This document shows, one piece after another, positions 48,674 through 57,515 of a stretch of 64,000 bases of DNA. The notes under the pieces are model-generated. The model made no database searches and was not told the DNA's origin. It saw nothing but the letters and a program-made list of their open reading frames with translations. Source of the stretch: Anaeromyxobacteraceae bacterium (GTDB lineage: Bacteria; Myxococcota; Myxococcia; Myxococcales; Anaeromyxobacteraceae). Made by a program: the position numbers and the translations under genes. Positions within the stretch are counted from its first letter, which is position 1. The number at the start of each line of letters is the position of its first letter. The stretch spans positions 576,001-640,000 of the forward strand of contig JAULAX010000017.1 in assembly GCA_032654565.1 (NCBI GenBank), read 5' to 3'.

Positions 48674-49498
48674 ATGTGGACCTCGGCCCACCCGCTCGCC
48701 GTCACCGCGCTCCTGCTCGCCGGCGCCATGGTGGCGCTCTGGCTCCTCTCCCTGCCGCTCCGCAACGCCTCGATCATCGACGCCTGCTGGGGGGCCGCCT
48801 TCGCGGTGGCCGGCTGGGGCGCGGCGCTGGCCGGGGGCGTCCCGCTCGGCTCGCCGCGCACGGCGCTGGCCCTGGCGCTGGTGACGCTCTGGGCGGCGCG
48901 GCTCTCGCTCCACCTGCTGGCGCGCAACGCCGGTCACGGCGAGGACCCGCGCTACGCCGCCATGCGCCGCGGCCACGGCGCCCGCTTCTGGTGGGTGAGC
49001 CTCTTCACCGTCTTCCTGCTCCAGGCGGCGCTGGCCTGGGCCATCTCGCTGCCGGTGCAGCTGGCGGTGCTGCGCGGCGGACCGCTGGGCTGGCTGGACG
49101 GCGTCGCGGTGGGGGTCTGGCTCACCGGCTTCGTCTTCGAGACGGTCGGTGACCTGCAGCTGACCCGCTTCCGCGCCGATCCGGGGAACCGCGGCCGGGC
49201 CCTCGACACCGGCCTCTGGCGCTACACCCGCCACCCCAACTACTTCGGTGACGCCCTGCTCTGGTGGGGCTTCGGCCTGCTGGGCGTGGCGGCCGGCGCC
49301 CCCTGGACGCTCTTCGCACCGGCGCTGATGACCTTCCTGCTGGTCAAGGTCTCCGGCGTGGCCCTGCTGGAGAAGGACATCGCCGAGCGGCGGCCGGCCT
49401 ACCGCGACTACCTGGCGCGGACCAGCGCCTTCATCCCCTGGTGGCCGCGCCCGGCGCGTTCCGCCAGCCGCCCGCCCCCGCGGCAGGCCGCACCATAG
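48674..49498 (+). CDS. DUF1295 (steroid 5-alpha-reductase-like) membrane protein
   Basis: NASIIDACW, EDPRY, GLWRYTRHPNYFG. Confidence 0.9.
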   Translation: MWTSAHPLAVTALLLAGAMVALWLLSLPLRNASIIDACWGAAFAVAGWGAALAGGVPLGSPRTALALALVTLWAARLSLHLLARNAGHGEDPRYAAMRRGHGARFWWVSLFTVFLLQAALAWAISLPVQLAVLRGGPLGWLDGVAVGVWLTGFVFETVGDLQLTRFRADPGNRGRALDTGLWRYTRHPNYFGDALLWWGFGLLGVAAGAPWTLFAPALMTFLLVKVSGVALLEKDIAERRPAYRDYLARTSAFIPWWPRPARSASRPPPRQAAP

Positions 49499-49513
49499 GG
49501 ATCGTCGCCGCGT

Positions 49514-49663
49514 TCAGCGGAGCCGGCGCCCCTGGATGACCCGGATCAGCACCACCACCACCGCCACCACCAGCAGCAGGTGGATGAAGCCCCCCATGGT
49601 GCTGGAGGTGACGAGCCCGAGGGCCCAGAGGACGAGCAGGATGACGGCGATGGTCCAGAGCAT
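49514..49663 (-). CDS. Small lmo0937-family membrane protein
   Basis: MLWTIAVILLVLWALG...GGFIHLLLVVA...IQGRR. Confidence 0.88.
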   Translation of the reverse strand: MLWTIAVILLVLWALGLVTSSTMGGFIHLLLVVAVVVVLIRVIQGRRLR

Positions 49664-49693
49664 GGGGCTCCCTTCAGAGCGACCCCTCCCTGA

Positions 49694-49709
49694 AGCATCG
49701 GCCGTGCCC
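49694..49709 (-). promoter_or_regulatory. Sigma-54 promoter of the lmo0937-family gene
   Basis: GGGCACGGCCGATGCT (GG-N10-GC). Confidence 0.65.
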
Positions 49710-49942
49710 GGGCCAAGCGCCGGGAATGGCTGGGCGGCGACACACCGGAAGGGTGAACCCGGATGTTCGCGAACGTTCCCGACCGCGGCCGGGTCCACGC
49801 CCGCCGGCGCGGGGCCAAACGTTCGGAGTGGTCAACCCAAACGTTCTGACGGTCGCCGCTGGAAAGGCGTACCATGCACCCACCGCGCGGTCCGACAGAT
49901 CCTCATGTTCCTGCCGCTCCTCCCCGTCGCGGAGGAGATGTC

Positions 49943-51280
49943 ATGCTCGGCCCCGAACACCTGGACAGGATCCCGTCCGCCGCTGGTCCGCCCCGCTCGC
50001 TGGTGCTCCCCTTCCCCCACCCGGGCAATGGCCCGGCGCAGACCCGCCCCATCCCCCGGGCCGGGCTGGTGCTCGGCCGCGGCGCGGCGGTGTTCGACCA
50101 CCCGTTCGACGATCCCGCCATGGCCACCCGCCACGCCGAGGTCTGCCTCCAGGGGACGCAGGCGGTGGTCACCGATCTGGGGAGCGCCGGCGGGACCCAG
50201 CTCAACGGCGCCACCGTGCGCGAGCCGCGGGCGCTGGCCGAGGGCGACGTGCTGCGCCTCGGCGACACCATGTTGGTCTACACCCGGCGCGAGCAGCCGC
50301 CAGCCGCCATCGCCCCCGCGCCGCGGCCCCGCCCCGGCGACGGCCCGGAGCTGACCGGCGCCACCCCGTCCATCGAGGCGGTGCGGCGCAGCGTCGACGC
50401 GGTGGCCCGCCACCCGCGCACCGTGGTGGTCACCGGCGAGACCGGCACCGGCAAGGAGGTGGTGGCCCGCCTCATCCACCAGCGCAGCGGCCGGACCGGC
50501 CCCTTCGTGGCCGTCAACTGCGGCGGCTTCACCGAGGGGCTGCTGGCCAGCGAGCTCTTCGGTCACGTGCGCGGGGCCTTCACCGGCGCCATCACCGAGC
50601 AGCAGGGGCTCTTCCGGGCCGCCGCCGGCGGCACCCTCCTCCTCGACGAGGCCAGCGACATCCCCCTGGCCCTGCAGCCGACGCTGCTGCGGGTGCTGGA
50701 GACCTGGCAGGTGCGCCCGGTGGGGAGCCCGCGCGACATCCCCGTCAACGTGCGGGTGGTGGCCGCCACCAACCGGGAGCTGGTGACGCTGGTCCAGCGC
50801 GGCCTGTTCCGCGCCGACCTCTACGCCCGGCTGGCGCAGTGGATCATCCGCATCCCGCCGCTGCGCGACCGCCGCGGCGACATCCCGGCGCTGGCCCGCG
50901 CCCTGCTGGGGCCCATCGCCGCCACCGAGCGGTCCCTGACCCCCGACCTCGAGGAGGCGCTGCTGCTCCATCCCTGGCCGCTCAACATCCGGGGGCTCTC
51001 CAACGTGCTCTCCATCGCGGTGATCGCCACGCCGGCGGGGCAGCCGCTCGGGCTCATCCCCGAGGTGCTGGCCGCACTCCAGGACAACCGCATCGACAGC
51101 GCCCAGGCCCTGCCGGCCGCGCAGCCGGTCGAGCTCGATCGGGCCGGGCTGGACGCCCTGCTCCAGGAGTTCGGCGGCCGGGTGGCGGAGATGGCCCGCC
51201 ACGTCGGGGTCTCGCGGCCGAAGATGTACCGGCTGCTCTGGGCGGCGGACCTCGACCCGGCCGCCTTCCGGGCCCGGTAG
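49943..51280 (+). CDS. FHA-domain sigma-54 enhancer-binding protein
   Basis: FHA-like TRHAE..DLGSAGGT; GETGTGKE, GAFTGA, LLLDE, C-terminal HTH. Confidence 0.9.
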   Translation: MLGPEHLDRIPSAAGPPRSLVLPFPHPGNGPAQTRPIPRAGLVLGRGAAVFDHPFDDPAMATRHAEVCLQGTQAVVTDLGSAGGTQLNGATVREPRALAEGDVLRLGDTMLVYTRREQPPAAIAPAPRPRPGDGPELTGATPSIEAVRRSVDAVARHPRTVVVTGETGTGKEVVARLIHQRSGRTGPFVAVNCGGFTEGLLASELFGHVRGAFTGAITEQQGLFRAAAGGTLLLDEASDIPLALQPTLLRVLETWQVRPVGSPRDIPVNVRVVAATNRELVTLVQRGLFRADLYARLAQWIIRIPPLRDRRGDIPALARALLGPIAATERSLTPDLEEALLLHPWPLNIRGLSNVLSIAVIATPAGQPLGLIPEVLAALQDNRIDSAQALPAAQPVELDRAGLDALLQEFGGRVAEMARHVGVSRPKMYRLLWAADLDPAAFRAR

Positions 51281-51392
51281 CCCGGCCCTCGCCACCGGCT
51301 CACCTCGTTCGCGAACGTTCCCGGACGCCGCCCGGCCTTCGGCGCCGATGACGTGGTGCAGCAACGGCGGCTGGTTGCCGACCGCGCGCCGC

Positions 51393-51408
51393 GGGCACGG
51401 CGGGTGCT
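51393..51408 (+). promoter_or_regulatory. Sigma-54 promoter of the 51501-csbD-AI-2E operon
   Basis: GGGCACGGCGGGTGCT (GG-N10-GC). Confidence 0.65.
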
Positions 51409-51500
51409 CTGGATTGGGCAGCGGACCGCTCCCGTGCCTCACCCGTCAGGCACCCGAAGGAGCGGCGACGTCCCTCGACGGCACCTCGGAGCAGCACCTC

Positions 51501-52118
51501 ATGAACCGATCTCTCCAGGCCTCACTGGCGCTCTCGCTGGTCCTGCTCGCCTCCCCGGCGCTGGCCCAGTCCGACGGCGGGCTCGACCTGACCCTCCACG
51601 CCGGGTACGACAAGTACGACGCCGTGGGGCTGAGGAGCGGCCTCGGTGGCCTGCACGGCTCCAGCCTGCTCGACGGCGGCTCCCGCACCCTGGGCGTCAC
51701 CGCCATCTTCCGCAGCGGCATGGGCGAGCTGGGCGCCATCGGCGAGGTCGGTCGCATCGGCCAGGACGGCACCACCACCCTGCTCGGCGTCCTGCTCGGC
51801 CCGGGGTTCGACCTCGGCGGGGCCCGCCTCGAGCTGCTCGGCGAGCTGGGCGCCCACCAGTACGGCAACGTGCTCCATGACGCCGCGGTGGTGTCGCAGA
51901 GCAAGAACGAGGCCTGGCTGGTCTCGGTCGGCCTGCGCCCCGGGCTCTCCTTCCGGCTCGGCTCCAGCCACTCGATGATCCTCGGCGTCTGGACCTTCGC
52001 CCGCTGGGACCTCACCAGCCAGGACGTCCAGGTGAACCTGGCCGGCAGCGGCAACTCCACCTACACGCTGGGCGGCTCGCAGTACGGCGCCTCGCTCCGC
52101 TTCGGCTTCAGCCTGTAG
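51501..52118 (+). CDS. Secreted probable small outer-membrane beta-barrel protein
   Basis: Signal peptide ending ALA-Q; alternating beta-strand pattern; C-terminal YGASLRFGFSL. Confidence 0.72.
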   Translation: MNRSLQASLALSLVLLASPALAQSDGGLDLTLHAGYDKYDAVGLRSGLGGLHGSSLLDGGSRTLGVTAIFRSGMGELGAIGEVGRIGQDGTTTLLGVLLGPGFDLGGARLELLGELGAHQYGNVLHDAAVVSQSKNEAWLVSVGLRPGLSFRLGSSHSMILGVWTFARWDLTSQDVQVNLAGSGNSTYTLGGSQYGASLRFGFSL

Positions 52119-52145
52119 TCCACGCCGTACCAACCGGGGGCGCAC

Positions 52146-52388
52146 ATGAACTGGGATCGAATCGAAGGCAGCTGGAAGCAGCTCAAGGGCAAGGCCAAGG
52201 TGCAGTGGGGCAAGATCACCGACGACCAGCTCGAGGTCATCGGCGGGAAGCGCGACCAGCTGGTCGGGCGGGTCCAGGAGCACTACGGGATCGCCAAGGA
52301 CGAGGCGGAGCGCCAGGTCGACCTGTTCGCCGCCTCCTTCAACGACGACGACTTCAAGGCGGTCAAGAAGGGCGCGCTGCAGGAGTGA
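52146..52388 (+). CDS. csbD: CsbD/YjbJ general stress protein
   Basis: MNWDRIEGSWKQLKGKAKVQWGKITDD. Confidence 0.93.
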   Translation: MNWDRIEGSWKQLKGKAKVQWGKITDDQLEVIGGKRDQLVGRVQEHYGIAKDEAERQVDLFAASFNDDDFKAVKKGALQE

Positions 52389-52420
52389 GCCGCGCCAGGA
52401 CCGGCGGTTGAGGTGAGCTG

Positions 52421-53530
52421 GTGAAGGGAGACCTGCCCGTGGCGAAGGGGCCTGAGCACGCCCACGGTGGCCTGCGCCTGCTGCTGGTCGCGGCGGCGCT
52501 GGTGGTCATCGTCGGGGGGGTCTCCCAGGCCCAGTCGGTCCTGGTGGGGCTGCTGGTCTCGGTCTTCCTGGCCATCCTGGCGACCCCGCCGGTCCTCTGG
52601 CTGGAGGAGCGGCGGGTCCCCTCCGTCGTCGCCGTCCTGCTGGTGGTGATGGCCATGGTGGTCGTCCTGGTCGCCGCCGGCGTCATCGTCGGCGCCTCGG
52701 TCAACGCCTTCTCCGCCGAGCTGCCCGCCTACCAGGTCCGGATGAGGGAGCAGGTCTCGTCGCTGCAGGCCTTCCTGGCCGGCAAGGGGGTGGCCGGCGT
52801 CGACAAGCTGCTGCTCGGCTACCTCAACCCGGCGCTGGTGATGAGCCTGACCGCCCGGCTGCTGGCGGAGCTGGGCGCCGCCCTCTCCAACATCCTGCTG
52901 GTGCTGCTCACCATCACCTTCATCCTCCTCGAGGTCTCCAGCTTCCCGGCCAAGGCCCGCGCCGTCCTCGGCGATCCCCGCCAGGTCTTCCCCGAGTTCA
53001 CCGCCTTCATCGGGGAGATCGAGCGCTACGTGGTGATCAAGACGGCGATCAGCCTGGCCACCGGGCTGCTGGTCGGCCTCTGGCTCTTCGTCCTCGGCGT
53101 CGACTTCTACGTGCTCTGGGCCTTCCTCGCCTTCCTCTTGAACTACGTCCCCAGCATCGGCTCCACCGTCGCCGCCATCCCGGCGGTGCTGCTGGCCCTG
53201 GTCCAGCTGGGGCCGGGGACGGCGGCGCTGGCCGCGGCGGGCTACATGGCCGTCAACTTCTTCCTCGACAACGTCATCGAGACGCGGCTGATGGGGCGCC
53301 GGCTCAACCTCTCCACGCTGGTGGTCTTCCTCTCGTTGATCGTCTGGGGGAGCCTGCTCGGCCCGGTGGGCATGATGCTCTGCATCCCGCTCACCATGAC
53401 CCTGAAGTTCGCCTGCGAGAACAGCCAGGGGACGCGCTGGATCGCCGTGCTGCTCAGCCCCGAGCCGGAGGCGAAGCCTCGTCGGCGCCGAGGTCCAGCA
53501 GCAGCAGCTCCGACGCCGCCCGCGCCGTGA
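52421..53530 (+). CDS. AI-2E family transporter
   Basis: AFLLNYVPSIGS, DNVIETRLMG, WGSLLGPVGM..IPLT. Confidence 0.9.
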   Translation: MKGDLPVAKGPEHAHGGLRLLLVAAALVVIVGGVSQAQSVLVGLLVSVFLAILATPPVLWLEERRVPSVVAVLLVVMAMVVVLVAAGVIVGASVNAFSAELPAYQVRMREQVSSLQAFLAGKGVAGVDKLLLGYLNPALVMSLTARLLAELGAALSNILLVLLTITFILLEVSSFPAKARAVLGDPRQVFPEFTAFIGEIERYVVIKTAISLATGLLVGLWLFVLGVDFYVLWAFLAFLLNYVPSIGSTVAAIPAVLLALVQLGPGTAALAAAGYMAVNFFLDNVIETRLMGRRLNLSTLVVFLSLIVWGSLLGPVGMMLCIPLTMTLKFACENSQGTRWIAVLLSPEPEAKPRRRRGPAAAAPTPPAP

Positions 53531-54182
53531 AGGAGGCGGCCCGCTCCCCGGTGATGCCGGCGCCGTCCCCACGCAGCAGGAGCTCCTGGCCGAGCACCAC
53601 CTCCCCCTTGACCACGTGGAGCCAGGCCCGCCGCCCGGCGGCGAGCTCGTGGACCACGTGCTGCCCGGGATCGAGCAGGGCCGAGTAGATCAGGGCGTCC
53701 TGGTGGATGCGCAGGGAGCCGTCGCGGCCGTCAGGGGAGGCCACCAGGCACGGCGCCCCCCGCCGCTGCGCGGCGCTGAAGCGCCGCTTCTCCGCGCTGG
53801 GCTCGAGCCCGGTCGCCGACGGGCGCACCCAGATCTGGTAGACGTGGGCCCAGTCCACCCGCGACGGGTTGCGCTCGGCGACGTGGAGGCCGCGGCCGGC
53901 CGTCACCCGGCTGAACTCACCGGCGCGGATCACCACCGGACCGCTGGTCGAGGTCTCGTAGGCCAGCTCCCCCTCCCGCACGTAGGTGACGATCTCGGCG
54001 TCGTGCAGGAAGTGGCGGGGCACCCCGGCAGCGGGCGGGAAGCGCTCCTCGTTGAGGACCTCCAGCGGCTCGAACCCTCCCTGGTGCGGCGTCGAGCGGT
54101 CCACGGCGTCGAAGGTGAGCCACACCTCCTGCCGGCGGCGGAGGTCATGCCGGCGCTCCACGGCGCGGCGCAGCGTGATCAT
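53454..54182 (-). CDS. Pirin family (YhhW-like) protein
   Basis: EIVTYVREG, YQIWV, LVASPDGRDGSLRIHQDA, GDGA. Confidence 0.87.
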   Translation of the reverse strand: MITLRRAVERRHDLRRRQEVWLTFDAVDRSTPHQGGFEPLEVLNEERFPPAAGVPRHFLHDAEIVTYVREGELAYETSTSGPVVIRAGEFSRVTAGRGLHVAERNPSRVDWAHVYQIWVRPSATGLEPSAEKRRFSAAQRRGAPCLVASPDGRDGSLRIHQDALIYSALLDPGQHVVHELAAGRRAWLHVVKGEVVLGQELLLRGDGAGITGERAASFTARAASELLLLDLGADEASPPARG

Positions 54183-54328
54183 CGGCCCTCCTCCTCTCGC
54201 CACGCGATGCCAGCCCACTTCGGCGACACTCTCGAACCTTCGTCGTCTGCATCGCGGCCCCGGTCTGAGCCGGGTCGCGCCGGACGGCGCCCCACCCCGT
54301 CGGAGGGATGGAGCGCCCATGGCCCCGC

Positions 54329-55744
54329 CTACGGCGCCGGCTCCACCACGGTGCTGGCGTCGAGGCTGACCGCGGTCTGCGCCAGCAGGCGGCCGTTGAC
54401 GGTGGCGCCGGTGGCCAGGGTGATGGCCGTCTGGGTGAGGACCACCCCCTCGAGGTGCGAGGTGGTGCCGAGGCTGACGATGCCGGCGACCTGCCAGAAG
54501 ACGTTCTTGGCCAGCGCCCCGCCGGAGAGGTGGACCCGGATGCCGTTGGCGATGGTCAGGTCCTGGGCGATCTGGAAGATCCAGATCTCGGTGGCCGAGC
54601 CGGTCAGCGTCACGTCGGTGGGGATGAGCAGACCGGTGCCCCACTTGTAGACGCCGGCGAAGAGGGTGCCGCCGCCGATGTCCCCGGCGCCCAGCTCGGT
54701 GACGTCGGCGGCACGCCCGGCGGCGTCGGTGTAGGCCAGCTCCATGTCGCCGACCGAGGTGGTCATGTTGATGGGCGTGGGCGGCGCGAAGTCGGAGGCG
54801 AAGACCTTCCCGGTCACCTGGGTCGACGTCGAGAAGACGTTGGAGGCATCGGCGGTCAGCGCGAAGCCGGTGATGTAGGTGGCCGCCGCCGGGCTGACGC
54901 CGATGTCGCCGGTGATGGCGGAGGTCGGCACGGTGGAGATGGCGCTCTTGGCGAGGATGGCGAAGTGGCCGGCGGTCCCGAGGTTGACCGGCAAGGTCAC
55001 CAGCACCGCGCCGCGGGTGGTGAAGGTCCAGGCGTGGTTCGCGGCCAGGTGCAGGGCGCCGGTGTCCATGGCCGCGGTGGTGATGGTGGCGGTGTAGACG
55101 GTGGAGGCGAGGAGCAGGCTGGACGGCCAGAAGGCCGCCTTGGAGTCGGCGTAGACCACCGTGCCGGGGACCGCGACCGCCGGGGAGCCGACGGTCACCG
55201 TGAAGCTGGTGGCGCTGATCGAGGCCGGGTCCATGGGCTTGCTGAAGGTGGCGCTGACGCTGCCGTTGAGCGGAGCGAGCGTGGCGCCGCTGGCGGGGTT
55301 GGTGGAGGAGACGACCGGCGCGACCGGCGGCACCACGGCCACCGCGGTCCGGAAGGTCCAGGTGTGCCTGGCCTCCAGGGCCGTGCCGGCGGTGTTGCGG
55401 GCGCCGGTGGTCACCGTCGCCGTGTAGAGGGTGTCGCTGGCCAGGTTGGCGGCCTGCTGGAAGGTGGCCTTGGAGTTGAGGCTGGTCACGGCGCCGGCCA
55501 CGGCGACCGGGGCCACGCCCGAGGTCAAGGTGAAGGTGGCGCCGGTGAGCGAGGCCGGGTCCATGGCGCCGCTGAAGGTGACGCTCACCGCGGCGTTGAA
55601 GGCCACGTTGGTGGCGCTGGCCGCGGGGGTGGTGGAGACCACGGTGGGCGCCACCGGGGCGTCGCTGGTGGAGCTCCCGCAGGCGGCGAGCGTGAGCAGC
55701 AGGACGGCGGCTCCGGTGGTGTACAGCTTGCTGATGATCTTCAC
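54329..55744 (-). CDS. DUF3494 ice-binding-like lipoprotein 2 with two Ig-like (Big_5-type) domains
   Basis: LAAC lipobox; two PTVVSTTP..ATFS..MDP repeats; VNLGTAGHFAILAKS, WIFQIAQ, GRLLAQTAV. Confidence 0.9.
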   Translation of the reverse strand: MKIISKLYTTGAAVLLLTLAACGSSTSDAPVAPTVVSTTPAASATNVAFNAAVSVTFSGAMDPASLTGATFTLTSGVAPVAVAGAVTSLNSKATFQQAANLASDTLYTATVTTGARNTAGTALEARHTWTFRTAVAVVPPVAPVVSSTNPASGATLAPLNGSVSATFSKPMDPASISATSFTVTVGSPAVAVPGTVVYADSKAAFWPSSLLLASTVYTATITTAAMDTGALHLAANHAWTFTTRGAVLVTLPVNLGTAGHFAILAKSAISTVPTSAITGDIGVSPAAATYITGFALTADASNVFSTSTQVTGKVFASDFAPPTPINMTTSVGDMELAYTDAAGRAADVTELGAGDIGGGTLFAGVYKWGTGLLIPTDVTLTGSATEIWIFQIAQDLTIANGIRVHLSGGALAKNVFWQVAGIVSLGTTSHLEGVVLTQTAITLATGATVNGRLLAQTAVSLDASTVVEPAP

Positions 55745-55821
55745 TGGCGCTCCTTGGTGTGACGTGGTGCCACGAGGGGTGTGCGAACGGCGGGGGGATT
55801 GCGTTCCTGGCTGCTCTCAAG

Positions 55822-55837
55822 AGCATCTTCCGGGCCA
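55822..55837 (-). promoter_or_regulatory. Sigma-54 promoter of IBP2
   Basis: TGGCCCGGAAGATGCT (GG-N10-GC). Confidence 0.72.
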
Positions 55838-55903
55838 AGCGGAACTCCCCTGTCCCGGCGGTGTCTTGCGAGCCTGCGGGGACCCCGGGGGCCGGCCCAC
55901 CAA

Positions 55904-55934
55904 TCACAATGAAGGACCCCCTCATTCATTGTGA
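55904..55934. promoter_or_regulatory. Putative upstream activator sequence
   Basis: TCACAATGA-N13-TCATTGTGA perfect inverted repeat. Confidence 0.65.
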
Positions 55935-55942
55935 GTGAGGCC

Positions 55943-55978
55943 AAAAAAACACGGGAGGGGATCGATGATCCCCTCCCG
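55943..55978 (-). terminator. Intrinsic terminator downstream of ice-binding gene 3
   Basis: CGGGAGGGGATC-GAT-GATCCCCTCCCG stem followed on the minus strand by a T7 tract. Confidence 0.75.
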
Positions 55979-56032
55979 CTGGACCCCCCGGCCCCGCGGC
56001 GGCCCGGAGGCCGCCGCGCTACCACAAGACTG

Positions 56033-57514
56033 CTACGGCACCGTGATGCTGGTGACCGACGGACTGGCGGCCCCGGTCAGGGTGATGGCGCCGGCCCCCG
56101 CCGCGCCGGCCAGCACCCGGCCCAGCACGGTCGAGCCGTCGTTCACCGTGGCCGTGCGACCGGCCAGGATGTTCCCGTTCCAGCTGGTCCCCGACCCGAT
56201 GGTGATGTCCCGCCCGGTCACGAACCAGACGTTCCTGGCCTGGGCACCACCCTGCAGCACGATGGTGGTCGGGAGCAGCAGGGTGCCGGAGTCGACGAAG
56301 TCCGAGTCGACCTTGAAGATGAAGACCCCGTTGGCATCGCCCAGCGCGTCGAGCGTGGCCGTGCCACCGGCCGCCAGCCCCAGGTTGGCGTTGTGGTAGA
56401 CGCCCGGGTTGAAGGTCTTCAGGTCCATCTGGTCACCGGCGACGGGCCCCATGGTGTCGACCTTGGCCATGCCCTCGACCCAGGCGGCGTTGAGGTCGGT
56501 GGTGACCGCCGCGGCGGTCACGCCGGCGTCGAAGGGATCCCCGGCCCAGAAGATCGAGCCGTTGACCGTCATCCCGGTGGGGCTGCCGTAGGTCTTGACC
56601 AGGCAGGTCTGCGAGGCCCCGAGGTTCCCGGTGGAGTCGGTGCAGGTCGGCGTCGGGGAGAGCGCCACGTCGCCGTTGACCACGGTGACCCCGGTGGAGG
56701 TCAGCCCGGCCCGCGAGGCGATGCCGAAGCTGGCGGCCGCGCCCAGGTTGATGGCGAGCGGCGGCGGGATGATGGCCGCCGCGGTCGTGAAGCTCCAGGT
56801 GTGGGCCGCCGCCATGGCCGTGCCGATGGTGTCCTTGGCGCCGGTCGAGATGGAGGCGGTGTAGGTGGTGTTGGCGGTGAGCAGGGCGGTGGGAGCGAAG
56901 GTGGCGGTGAGGCCGGCCGAGCTGACCGCGCCGGGGACCGCCACCAGCCCGTTCATCAGGGTGTAGGTGGTGGTGGTGAGCGTGGTCCCGTCCATGGCCA
57001 CGCTGAAGGTGGCGCTCACCTGCTTGTTGAGCGGCACCAGGGTGGCGGCGTTGGCCGGATCGGTGCTCACCACCGTGGGAGCGACCACGCCGGGGCCGGC
57101 CGTGGTGAAGCTCCAGCTGTGGAGCGCGGCCATGGCCACCCCGGCGGCGTTCGTGGCGCCGGTGGTGATGGTGGCGGTGTAGACCGTGCTGGCCGCCAGG
57201 CTGCTGGCCGGCGTCAGGGTGGCCGTCATCCCGGCGTAGGAGACCGCGCCGGTGACGGACGTGGCGCCCTGCTTGAGGGTGAAGGTGGTGGCGGTCAGGG
57301 TGGTGGCGGTCATGGCCTGGCTGAAGGTGGCGCTGACCACCGTGCCGACCGCGACGTTGGTGGCGGCGCTGGCGGGGATGGTGGAGACGACGGTGGGCGC
57401 CGAGCCCGGCAGGACGGTGTTGCCGCCGGCGGGAGCGAACTCCACCAGCTGCTGTCCGCAGGCACCCAGCATGAGCGCCAGCACGGCGAGGACGCTGCTC
57501 TTGAAGGTCTTCAT
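56033..57514 (-). CDS. DUF3494 ice-binding-like lipoprotein 3 with two Ig-like domains
   Basis: LGAC lipobox; two Ig-like repeats; INLGAAASFG, PGVY, VFIFKV, NVWF, GRVLAG. Confidence 0.88.
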   Translation of the reverse strand: MKTFKSSVLAVLALMLGACGQQLVEFAPAGGNTVLPGSAPTVVSTIPASAATNVAVGTVVSATFSQAMTATTLTATTFTLKQGATSVTGAVSYAGMTATLTPASSLAASTVYTATITTGATNAAGVAMAALHSWSFTTAGPGVVAPTVVSTDPANAATLVPLNKQVSATFSVAMDGTTLTTTTYTLMNGLVAVPGAVSSAGLTATFAPTALLTANTTYTASISTGAKDTIGTAMAAAHTWSFTTAAAIIPPPLAINLGAAASFGIASRAGLTSTGVTVVNGDVALSPTPTCTDSTGNLGASQTCLVKTYGSPTGMTVNGSIFWAGDPFDAGVTAAAVTTDLNAAWVEGMAKVDTMGPVAGDQMDLKTFNPGVYHNANLGLAAGGTATLDALGDANGVFIFKVDSDFVDSGTLLLPTTIVLQGGAQARNVWFVTGRDITIGSGTSWNGNILAGRTATVNDGSTVLGRVLAGAAGAGAITLTGAASPSVTSITVP

Positions 57515-57515
57515 G

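Noticed and set aside
54195..54215. Sigma-54 promoter for pirin (TGGCATCGCGTGGC)
   Set aside because: GG-to-GC spacing is shorter than the required 10 nt.
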